Assembly (NCBI GenBank): GCA_905178155.1
Contig: CAJINV010000009.1
Location: 1,041,415 to 1,105,414, forward strand
DNA length: 64,000 nucleotides
DNA from: Amoebophrya sp. A120
Lineage: Eukaryota; Protista; Dinoflagellata
Reading direction: 5' to 3'
Below are positions 1 to 11,000 of the stretch, in pieces. The notes beneath the pieces are model-generated. The model was not told the origin of the DNA, made no database searches, and worked only from the letters and a program-made list of their open reading frames with translations. Position 1 is the stretch's first letter, and every line of letters starts with the position of its first letter. The translations under genes and the position numbers were made by a program.

Positions 1-294
1 GACTCGAGGACTACCTGGGAACTTAACTCGCACCCCTGGCGAGGGCGAGCAGAAACTAGGCGCGGAGCCGCCAGTAGTGAGTGTCTGTTTGTCTTCAGAC
101 ACGACCTGAAACTGGAAAACTGCTTCGCTGAGCTCGAGTGCGAGGTAAGCCCGGGAAAGTAACCCGCCGCGAAAACTAGGTATTGGGCCGCAAGTGACGC
201 ACGCCTGTTTGTCTTCAGACACGAGCTGAAAGTGGAAAACCACTGCGCCGGACTCGAGGACAGCCTGGGAACTTGACTCGCACCCCGGGCGAGG
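1..294. repeat. Degenerate tandem/satellite-like repeat (~250-bp unit built from two ~120-130-bp related subunits), probably continuing beyond the left edge of the window
   Basis: GACTCGAGGAC..CCTGGGAACTT.ACTCGCACCCC.GGCGAGG at 1-44 and 251-294. CTGTTTGTCTTCAGACACGA.CTGAAA.TGGAAAAC at 85-120 and 205-240. AAACTAGG at ~53 and ~173. Confidence 0.75.
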
Positions 295-1281
295 ACGGGG
301 GACGCGATTTAGCATTAGAAGAGGGCCTTGCTGTGGGGCTGGCAGTCGATGTCCATCAAGGCCGCGCTTGTTGCTGGATAATCTTATGGTCGCGCTCGGG
401 ATAGGAAAGCTGGTGCGTAGTGAGGTCTGTTTACTGAGGAGATATACGTTCATGTTATGCGGATCGCCGATCTGAAAAACGCATGACAGAAACACGCCAA
501 GCACAGGGAGGCAAGGCCGAACAAGACACAACCGAGAAAAAAGAAAACGGAAACCCAATACGCAAGTGGAAAGCGACATGTGCACGGACCTCGCCAGCAG
601 CTTTGAGCAGACATATCTTGCCCCAGTTGACGACGCGGAGGATGTGTATCGGTTCTCCGCGTTGCACTACCAATTGCACCCAAAAGGAGGGCGCCTCCCG
701 TCCTGCAGCTGTGCACTAGCATAGACACGTTTGCCGTAGCAACGGGATAGACACGTCTTCATTTTTTCACTGCGAGGAGTCGCCGACGGGCGCGTCCGCT
801 TTTAAATCGCTCCTTGTCCGCTCGTGATTGCGCTCAGCTCTTGGGCTCGGTCTGGATGCGTCGGCTGTCATCTTGTCCTCATTTCAAGAAACCAGATGTG
901 TTGCCAGTGGGGTTACATTGAAGTCTCTCACGCGGAGACCAAGACCGCTCCGCTTGCGGCCACCGGGCTTGCGCCTGCGAAGAGTCTGACCCGGCTTCCG
1001 TACGTGGCAGGACCTAGGAACACGGCGACTTGTTCCCAGTTCACAGCAAGCGTTCAACTTTAGGTCGTAGGAGGCTCGCCCAGGTGAAGATGTATAGTAG
1101 CAGACGCAGTCAACTTAAGTACAAGGCAAAGAGACATCGCTTAATCGAACCTACTCAGTGCTTTGAGGTCGTGCTCAGTGCTTTGAGGTCGTAAGCGGCC
1201 CTAATTTTCAGAGACCGAGAGCACCGCCAGAAGGGAGCCCGGCTAGCCGCGTCTCGCGGATTTACGTCCACGCCCATCTTT

Positions 1282-1806
1282 TCATGACCCGACTGCAGAA
1301 GGCCGGGGGCTGGTTAGCGGGCTGCCGTCACCACCCTGCGTCGCGGCCCCTTCGACGTCGTGCTCCTCCATCGGCACCACGACGACTTCTATTGATTCCG
1401 GTGGCGCTCCCTGCACAGGCGGGAGGCTAGGCTCGTTTTGGGAGGCGCGTTGCGTGTTCATTTCGTCGATCTCGCTGTCCTGCGTCGCGACGTGACATAG
1501 GAACTCACTAATTGCCTGCGAGGGAGCATCGAAGGGGTTCGGAGCAACGTTCTGCGGATCCGATAGCAGCGCATCGATGCGACTGATGTCGATCAACTCG
1601 TGTAGGCCGTCATCGCTTGTACTGGCTCCCACCTCGTCCCGGAAACCTTCGTGGGATCTCGTGATTAATGCCGCGAGAGCCCGCGCTTCTTCGTCGTCAA
1701 CTGGCCGCTCTTCCCGCTCTTGGCGGGCCGGGGAGGGTGGAGGCCATTCGTCTTCCCCCAGGCCTTCTGGCCCTGATGCATCTTCCCCCAGGCCTTCGTC
1801 TTCCCC
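1282..1806 (-). other. Acidic, Pro-rich open frame (~175 aa) abutting the break point of a truncated TIR element. Either part of an inserted element or an alternative last exon of the giant gene.
   Basis: ORF 1282..1845 begins inside the TIR element. Its own sequence (GEDEGLGEDASGPEGLGEDEW...) starts where similarity to the element stops (~1807). No recognisable domain. Confidence 0.3.
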
Positions 1807-2023
1807 CATGCACATTTTGCATGACTCCTGATGTCTGTGATGCATGCCCTAGCATCACAGATTTTGTGAGGGCTTCCTGATGCCTATACCGCATGACAAA
1901 TGCTCTTTCCGTGTAGCAAAACTTGGACTCTCTTTGCTGCTCATGCAATACAGATTTTTTTAGAATCCAAAATCAGCATGACAAGTTGATTCTTCCAGAC
2001 CCAGACATTTTTACAATTGATAC
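1807..2023 (-). mobile_element. Truncated/interrupted third copy of the 264-bp TIR element (MITE/introner), in the opposite orientation to the other two
   Basis: The reverse complement begins GTATCAATTGTAAAAATGTCTGGGTCTGGAAGAAT and aligns colinearly with 4576-4793. The last ~46 bp, including the second TIR, are absent. Confidence 0.85.
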
Positions 2024-5000
2024 CACAACAGGACCAACGAAAGCAGTTGGGGTACGCCTCGCAGAAAAGTTCCTCGTTTCTGTGTATCAAATGCAAAAAT
2101 GTCTGGGTCTGGAAGAATGCAACTTGTCATGCTAAATCTGACGCATGCAAAAATCTGTGTTGCATGATTACCAAAAGCAGTGCAGTTTTAGCCAAGTCGG
2201 GAGGCAGTTTCTCATGCAGGATAGGCATGAGAAAGATCGCACAGAATCTGTCATGCTAGATCCTGCATTCCAGACCTCATGGGTCACGAAAAAGCTGCAT
2301 GACAAATCGCGCATTCTTCCAGACCCAGACATTTTTACATTTGGTACTGTGAAACACGTACTCAAACTCGTGCTTCAGCCTCGCTTCCTCCGGACTGTTC
2401 TTTACCTTCCCACCAAAGCCAAGATGTATGATCTCCGCGCTTTTCGCTAATTTCGTTCCCTCGTCCTCCGTTTTGCGGGCGGTGCTGGTGGAGGAGGTTC
2501 CGTCGCTTTTCTTGTTTTGATTTCCCTGCTTCTGCGCCACGGTTCCTTTCTTCCTGTTGTTGGTGAGAAAGCCGGAGGGAAAGAGCTCCGTTCCTCGCCC
2601 GGAAAAAAGAGCTTCTTCTACGATCGGGCAGACGCGCATCTGGAAATCCCAATCGATCAACTCTAGTCTACCCTCGTGGTCTTCGCAGTTCTCCGTTTGC
2701 AGGCGGACCATCTTGTCAATTTTCTGCTTCCCTTCCTTCCCCATCTCTTGCGGCAGCGAATGAACCTGAAGAAGGTACCACAGGAGGAACTTCTTGGCCT
2801 CTGCCTTCGTAAACACCTTCACCGGAATGTCAGGATCATCTTCAGTCGCTTTGGCTTTCATTTTCTTGCTTTGCCCTTTTGCAGTTCTATCTCCCTTGTG
2901 CAACGCCGCCGAGAAGTCCGGTTTTGCATCCTTTAATATCTTTCCCGCGTTAAGATGTTCTTGCCCCTGGCTGTTGAAATACTCCACAAGCTCCCGATCG
3001 TAACCCAATGCCCAATTAAACAGATTGCGGTGCGCCGGGTTGGTCTCGGTCGCCGCGGAGACCTTGTGCAGCATGATCGGCATCACGTCAGTCCAGTTTG
3101 TCATGGCGGTGTTCATCTGGCCCAAAAGATCGTAATTGTCGGCAATGGCTCGCATTAGACCGTCCGAGGGACAGTTCTCGTTGATTGGGTGGGGAATTCC
3201 ACATAAACTGCACTTCATCGGCTTCTTCCACCACGCGTCCAGGTTCTTTTTATTTGTTCCTTTCCCCTCCTTGTCTTTTTCCGCAATCTTATTTTCCGCC
3301 GTTTTACTTGCTGGGCCATCACGATATCCGATTTGGGTGCCGAACATGTACCGTGTCAAATTCGTCAGAAACTGCCGCCTTTCAATTGGTTTGTTGGGCG
3401 GCGGTGACGAACTTGTTACTGTCGTGCTTTTAGTACTATCGACGCTATCTTTACTTCCCGTAGGCTTGGTGGACGAGCTAGCGACTGTAGCAGGCGGAGA
3501 CGCAGGGATCTTGTTATACATGAGCCTGTAAATGTCTCGTAACAAGGTAGGAAGAAGCCTAACGCCGTCCTCCCGCGTGGGGAATGACGGATTTTGTTCC
3601 TCCTGGTCTTCATCTTCTTCGCGTAGTATTTCGTCAGCCTTATCGGGCGACGACACGCTACTGCACGCGCTGCTACCCGGCGTGGCGGTCAGCGCGGAAC
3701 ACCGTTCCTCAATGGCTTTGAAAAGACTGACCTTTTCGGGACTATCTTTCCTGGAGGTTTTTCCATTCTTCGGGTTCTGGGGTGCTGGGCTTGTTTTCTT
3801 CTGTGGCTGCGGATTTATTGGGTCGATCCTTGTGGTTGCTGCTACTCCAGCTGAAGCTGATGTGGGGCCTGGTGCTGAGGAATTATCTTTATCTGCTGTA
3901 CTTTTTTTTGCTCCATTTTGCGTATTACTACCGCTGCCTGTATTTTTGCCCCCGGAGCCCTGCTTTTTTTGTCCGCGGTTCTCCGAGGGGGTGCCGCCCG
4001 TTTTCTTGTCATTGTTTGTTTTCTCTTTCTTGTTTTGCGCCGTAGTCGACTTGGAAGTAGATGTTTTGCTGGCGTCTTGAGCAGCTCCACACAACGGCCC
4101 GGTACCTTCACGGAGCAACACCAGGTTCTCAGGTCGCGCCAATACCAGCTGCATTGTGCTAAGCGGATGCCCACAATAAACTCCCACATCGGGACGATCG
4201 GCGTTAATATCTGAACCTAACATATGATCCCCATTGCAACGTAAGACCCGAAGATCGCTGTCGAGGTGCACTCCGAGTCGCCCGGTTCGGCCCCCCTCTA
4301 TCATTGGCTCGACCCAGATGCCGTTGAGTTCAGTGCACACATCTTCTACCCGAGCCAAGACACCCTGGTAGTCGGCCGACTCGCACAGATGCACGGGGTA
4401 ATCGTAACTCTGACGACGTGCGTCTTCGTTTTCGCGGGATGCAGTAGTTGTACAGCCGCTGTCGCGTGTCTTCACGTCAACATCGGCTGACTCCAGAGGC
4501 GGGTAGTATCCGACGTCCGCTCTCATATGCAGGTAGGCGTTGGGCTTTCCATCCGTCGTCGTTCTGGGAGGCTGCGCATCAAATGTAAAAATGTCTGGGT
4601 CTGGAAGAATGCAACTTGTCATGCTGCATTTGGATTCCAAAAAAATCTGTCTTGCATGACTACCAAAAGGAATTTAATTTTTGCTACGCGGAGAGGGCAT
4701 TTGTCATGCGGAATAGGCATCAAGAAGCTCTGAAAAAATCTGTGATGCTAGGGCATGCATCACAGACATCAGGGCTCATGCAAAACGTGCATGACAAGTG
4801 TCAGAATGTTCCAGACCCAGACATTTTTACAGTTGATACTGCGCCGGCGCATTCTGGCACATTCCAAATCTTTCCGAAAAGTTCCCCGACAGTTCCTTCA
4901 AGCCCGCTGAGTCCAAAAGCCGGGGTAAGTCCGTAATCAAGTCCCGCAGCTTATCTGAGCTATGCCAAGGATAAAAGTCGTATCTCACTGTCGGTAAAAC

Positions 5001-8000
5001 TTTAGTCGAACAAGTGGACCCGGGTTTTTCGAGATGCCCACTGGATTCAGCTTTGTCGTCGTGAACGGCGGTCGTGCTGATGCGATTGCGAAATAGTTAT
5101 ATGCATTTCTTGGTGAAATCGCTGAATAATCAACGTCAAGTGGCTGCACTGGCAAAATAATTTCGCAGAAGAATAGGAGTTGCGATTGCTCAGAATCAGA
5201 TAGTAATGAAATACATGAAGTGCAGTTGATTGACTGAAGCCACAAAAAAAAAAACGGTACATTTGACCGGAGTAAAAGTACCCGGACTCGCCGTGGGTCT
5301 TCCGCGCGGCCATGAGGCGTAGTTCCTCAGCCCTGCCTGAAACAAAGCCGCACGCTAGCTCATCGCCGGTGGCTCGAGCTCCCTGGGGTCCGGCGGAAAA
5401 CTTGGAAGATCCATTCGGCGCCATGACGAGGCCATCGATAACGACAAGGGCATTTTTGAGCTTTTCCGGGAACACATTGCTGACAGAGCCCAAGTCCTTC
5501 CAGTCGGTGCAGCCGGTAATAGGCCGAGTGAGGCGGTACGTGTCGAAGGGGTTTTCGTTCTCGCGCTGCGCTGCTCCCTGACTCGAGCAGCTGTTCGATA
5601 TGCCCTGCGCAAACAACCGATTAACCGGAAAGGTGCTCAAGCGTCGCCCCCCGCTCCCGACCGAAAATCGATGCAGCATTTCGTACGTGCCCCGTTTGAG
5701 CGCTTCCATCCTTTCTCGCGCGACCGGCTCAGCCTCTTCCCCCTGCTCTGCTAGAATGTTCTTATACCAGTTGGAAATTTCCTGCAGCGTTTTCGCCGGC
5801 GTGCAGTCGACCTCTTTGCCGCTGGGCTCGCAGTTCGCCTTCGGGGGACATCCCTCCGCCACGGAAAGCAGGTACGACCAGGCGTCGATACCTCCCACGT
5901 CCGCGAAGAGCACGGCGAACTCTTCTAGCTCCTGCTGCACTTTGCAGCAGCTGCGGAAAACCGCGTTGCGCTTCACATGCACCCGGGCGTTGCGCGCCTG
6001 CGGTACCGTGTTCTCCAGTACATTGGCCTCCAGGGAAACGCCCTCGTTGTGCCAGAAATCCTTTGCAGACGGGCACTGCAGGTTCGCGACGTACTTGCTC
6101 TGAATTTGCTCCAGCTTTCCCAGGTGCTGCGTCAGGTTCTGCCAAACCCGTTCCGTCAGTTCGTCGTACCCGAACTGCTGCAAGTACTGCCACGAATTCC
6201 ACGGCGAGCACGCCGGGTGAAAGTAGTACTCTTGCGTGTACGGGCACTGGTGCCCGAGCTGCTGCAACACTTTCTCGGCGCGTCGGAGCCGGCGGCCGTA
6301 CAGCGTTTCCACGTCGAACTTGACCAGTCTCGGCATGCAAAACTGGTACAAAATGTTGGTCGTTTTCTGCCGCACGACGGAAGAAAAGTGTTTCGCTTTT
6401 TCCCACCACCGAGGCATGGCAGTCGTCAACAGCTTCCGTAGCGCGTCCTCTGACGAAGCTGCAATCTTCATTGAGCTACCGGAAAGTTCATCTGCAAAAT
6501 CACTCGCGGTCCAAGAGGAATGGCTGCTCGAAGCTGCTGTAATTCTGTTTCGATTCGTCCTACAACTGCCGGCAGCGTCGATTCGTGTGAACAGCAAGGT
6601 GTGCATGTCTTGCGGACCATCAGCGCCAGAGCAGGAAGATTCCTGTTCTTGATCTCGCGCAATGCAAGAAAAAACCGGCTTACATTCGTTTTTTGAAGCT
6701 GTTGCTGCATCGTTTTCACGTGCGCTCTTCTTACTCCTCTCACGCTTTGTTCGTCGACGTCCCCCCGCTGGGCATCCGTAGACCCACTCCGCAAAAGTTC
6801 GAAGACTTGGCCGCTTAGTGCTAAACACGCTCTCCTCGCCGTACTTTTTCACCGCGTCTTGTTTCGTAAATTGCTTGTGCTTCAGCAAGTTTGCCCGCGT
6901 GTACTTCACGACGAGGTGCGTCAGCAAGTTGCTCGCGGTGCTGGCGTTTTTATTGTTGTCTTCTGCGTTGTTTCCGGCTTCGTTACCCACTGCTGAGAAG
7001 TCGTCCTTGCTGTTGCGCCGGTTCTTCCCCCCGCCGCCGCCGCCGCCGGCGGTCGACGAACTGCTGTTTTTGTCTTCCTTCAGAATCTCCTTTACCTTGT
7101 CGGCGTACTTGGGATCGCTGGCCAAACTGCCCAACAGCGCGCTCTTGATATCCTTCTGCCGCTGCTGCACCGTCTTGGTGCCCCACTGCTTTTCCTTCGT
7201 TGCGATTTTGCTCTCCGTTTTCTGGATGACGCTGCTCTCCTCCTCTTCGGTGGACGTTTTCCAAGTGAAATCCATGAACCGGAACGGGGCCAGCGCCATG
7301 CCAACCTCCCGCTCCTCCACCTCCGGTAGGCATTTGGATAGCTTCTGTTCCGCGGTGTTATAGCACTTGGCGTCTTTTTCGCTACTGTGTCCCAGTTGAA
7401 ACGCCTGCAGCAGCTGGTCATTCAGTTCGACGTCCACGGCTGCCACCGGGGCGACCAAAAATTCGTCCGGCAAGAGCCTGCGTGCGACAATGAGCTTCAG
7501 GAAGAACAAAAAATCCACCATGAGGATCGACGACAATGGCGTGCCCTCGACGAAAAAACTGCGTAAAATCCCGTTCCCCAAGACGTAGTCGTCGTGAACG
7601 CGCAGCTTGTACGCGTCCACAATCCACTCGCACAGCTCAGCCAGCCGAAAGTCTTTCAACTGCAGAGCCGGGACTCTGGTGGCTTTTGGGGAAATTGTGG
7701 GAACTGCTGCAGTCGTGGGTGTAGTCGCTGACGTGCAAGATGATGGTCCCGCGCCAGTTGCTGGACCGGTGCTTTTATCCATCTGCTGGCGGTTCTTCTT
7801 GTTTTTGCCTTTTTTGTTTCCGGTCGTTACTGTGGTTGCCGCAGCCGCACCCGCAGCAGGCTTACTCTCTCCTACTTCGCTGCGTTCCTTCTCCGGTGGC
7901 GGTTCCTCGTCTTTCTCTATTTCGCGCTGAAAGAACTTGATCCAGCTTTCGCGCGTGAAGAAATCATGTGCAGAAGTGGTTCTGCTAGGCAGTCCTCCTC

Positions 8001-11000
8001 CTTGTGCACGGGACGACACATCAAAAGACGCCGGCTTCGTCGCGCCTGCAGTAGCCTTCGCACTGGTCGTAGCATCGTCTGCTTCACCAGTGCATCTCCG
8101 TGAACGAGTGATGCGACTCTTGTTTTGCCTAATATGTTCAGCCGCCATCTCGTCCAACCGGCGAAACCAGTGCTTCTTCAGCCTCAATTCGTCTTCTGCA
8201 GACAGCGTTTCGTCCTCGTAAATCGTTTGAGGAAACGTGTAACCGTACTTCGCTGTGTTCGGCGAACTGGCAGTGAATTTCAGTGGGTGGCAATCCAGAG
8301 CGCTCGCTCCGACTTCCTCGAACAGCGCAGGCTCCTCTAAATTCCACTCAGCAAGTGTGGCGAGCGCTGAGTAGAACGAGATGGCGCAGTAAACAGAGTG
8401 AGATTTTTTACTTCGTCCACAGCTTTCTTCAATTGCGCCGCTGTGTCGCTCGGAACTGCTGGAGACACCAGCGTCTGCCGGTGGACGAGTAGAATGATAA
8501 CCTTTCGTTTCTACTTCCACTTCATCATCAACGACCACGAGATTTTCGTCCTGAATCTTGTCAAGTCGCGCTCGGCACTGCGCGAAGCGAATGTCCGACC
8601 GCAGTTTTTGATCGCTCTCTACGGAGATCGTGGGCGTCTGCAGTTCCTTGCACAGAATCGAGCTCATCTCCGGCCGATCATTGGCGAGGCACCGGCGTAT
8701 CAGCCGCTCTTCCTTGCTGTTGGTGTTCAGGAGAAAACCCATGGTCTGAGACATGACGCCACCGCCGGGCTTTGACTTGGCGTGATCAAAGGAAGCCGTG
8801 GCCAAGACACGGTAGCATTTGCGAATGAAATCTAGGCGTATCCACAAATGCGCCGTCACCTTGGCAAACCTCGCTGTTCGCGTGCCGCACTCGCACACCG
8901 GGCAGAAACTACTGTTATTTCCAGTGCTTGCAGAGCGCGACTTTGTTTTGTTCAAGAACGCGGTGGAATTGTTGGCAGTAGTTGAGGTCGCAGCTCCACC
9001 TTCAATTGCGCTGCTGCTTGACGCCTGGCAACCTTCCGCCTGGGAAGCAGCAATTACTTGTTCCGCGGATGGAATGAGTTTTCGGTACAGATTCAGGTGC
9101 TGCTTCTTCTTGGCTTTCGTCGTTGACCTTCTCGATGCAGTGTGAGCTGCACCCAAACCAGGGCTGCGTGATGCGGGGTGAAATAGACTGCTGCCATACG
9201 TTGTGTCCGCACAAAGGCGGGTCAGGTACTCCTCTGCCTCCTGATGCATCCCCGCACCCGCTTCGATTAGCGTACAGAATGCAGCGACGGGCGCATTAAG
9301 CTTGTCAAAGAGGGTCGCTGCCTCTTTGCTAAGCCCCTTTTCGCGCATCAACCCGGCGGCAGCGACGAAGAAAAATAACCTGCTTTCCGGACCCATGCCA
9401 GTGGCGGTCGTGCGCAGCGTTGGGGTCGTTACATTCGCCTGTTCGGCTTTCCGAGGCAAGCACCACGAGGAATGCGACTGATCGCTGCTTGATCCACCAA
9501 AAAGACTGCTAAGCAGATCCGCAGGCAGCAGAGCGGAGTTCTGGTTCGTCCCTGTCTTGACCGTGAGCATTGGATCACAGCACGGGGAGTACAACGCGAG
9601 TGAGTCTTCATCACCTGCAGTCTCGATCCAACTAAAGTCGAAATTAACGGCGTCGAAACGCCGGAATTTTCCATCAGGTAGCTCTGCGTCCCTATCGCTT
9701 AGATCGAGTGGCTCTCCTTCTTTTCTGTTACAACTCGTGTCCACTGGAAGTTCTGCGGTCTTATTTCCAGCAACGACTAGTACTGGTTGTGTTAGCTGGC
9801 CCCCCAACAGCTCGGACAATCGGAGCCCTTGGCCGTAGTACTGCACGAGGTCCAGACAAAACCGGATCCTCCTGCCCAGCCCGGCGTCTTCGTGCAGATA
9901 AAAGTCCTGCCAGTGGTCTGCGCGGAACGGGTTACTCGTTCCAGTGGCAAAGCAACGCAGCTCGTCCTCGTCACGGCCACAATCCGGCGTATTGAAAAAA
10001 GCCGCCGCGGGTAGCAGACCGTGCAGCTGGTCGACCGCCTCAAAGTAGGTCTGGCTCATAGCGTTCTTTTGGTCTCTCTCCACTTCCAGCTTCTTGTTTT
10101 CCCTGAGCAGTCGTCGCCCCCGCGCGCAATGAATGCGCGCCAGCAAAGCCGTGTGGTACAGCATCCCCTCGCTGCCCGTGTCCCGAAGCAAGTCGAAGGC
10201 CTCGTCCCATTGAGGGTGGTGCTGCTTCAAGCACTGCAACGCCCGCTGTTCGCGGGCATACACACTGTTCCCCAGTGTTTCTGGATTCCCGAAATCATAC
10301 ACGTTCGGCGTGCGCCGGCAGCGGCGCTCCGTGGTGACGAAGTGGAGCACGGGGATAACGGAACTTCTACTCGCCCCTTCGTGCCGCAAGTGCTCGCCGA
10401 AAAAAGTGGAGCGCCCCTCCGCCGGAGGACCACCTTCATCATCGGTGGAGGACGGAGCCGCCATCAGCCGTCTCGCGTTTTCGACTGTGAAAATCTCCTC
10501 GGGCCAGTGCGCCGCGTGCAGGAAAGCGTGGCACATTCTTTCCTTCGCGGGGTCGCTGCATGTGGTCACTCCGTACCAGGCCTGGAGCGCCTGTAGGGCC
10601 ACACTGCGCTTCGGGTCGGCCTCCTCGTAAAACAGCAGTCGGCGCTTCGCCCGCGTAACCACACTGTACAACGTCTGCAGATCTAGCAACCAGTGCGAGT
10701 CGTAGTCTACCTCAGGAGAGGGCGGAGCTGCTGCCCCCTCTGTTCTTCTTGCCCCTCGAGTTCCATCAACATCGGAGGTGCTGCCCTGCTGATCAAATGC
10801 AGCACGTTCGCCATCGGGGTCTTCATTGAAGCCGGAAGTCGCAGGAGATGGTGAGACCACGGCTTGCTCGGGCGCTGATTTTGTTATCCTTATCAGCCTC
10901 GCCCAACATTTCTCGCTGCACCTGGGTGCGGCGCTCGACTTTTTTCGACTCGTTGCATCTTGGTCCACTTTGTTGTCGGTCCCGTAGGAATCGGTCGGGA

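Noticed and set aside
1990-4835. CRISPR-like recurrence of CCAGACCCAGACATTTTTACA
   Set aside because: The copies alternate in orientation and are TIRs of the 264-bp element. There are no regular spacers or cas genes, and the context is eukaryotic.
2084-4839. Composite transposon or LTR-like element: two direct repeats flanking a 787-aa ORF with a Gag-like CCHC knuckle
   Set aside because: Each repeat has its own distinct TSD, no transposase/RT/integrase motif is present, and the ORF continues in frame beyond both repeats as part of the host gene.
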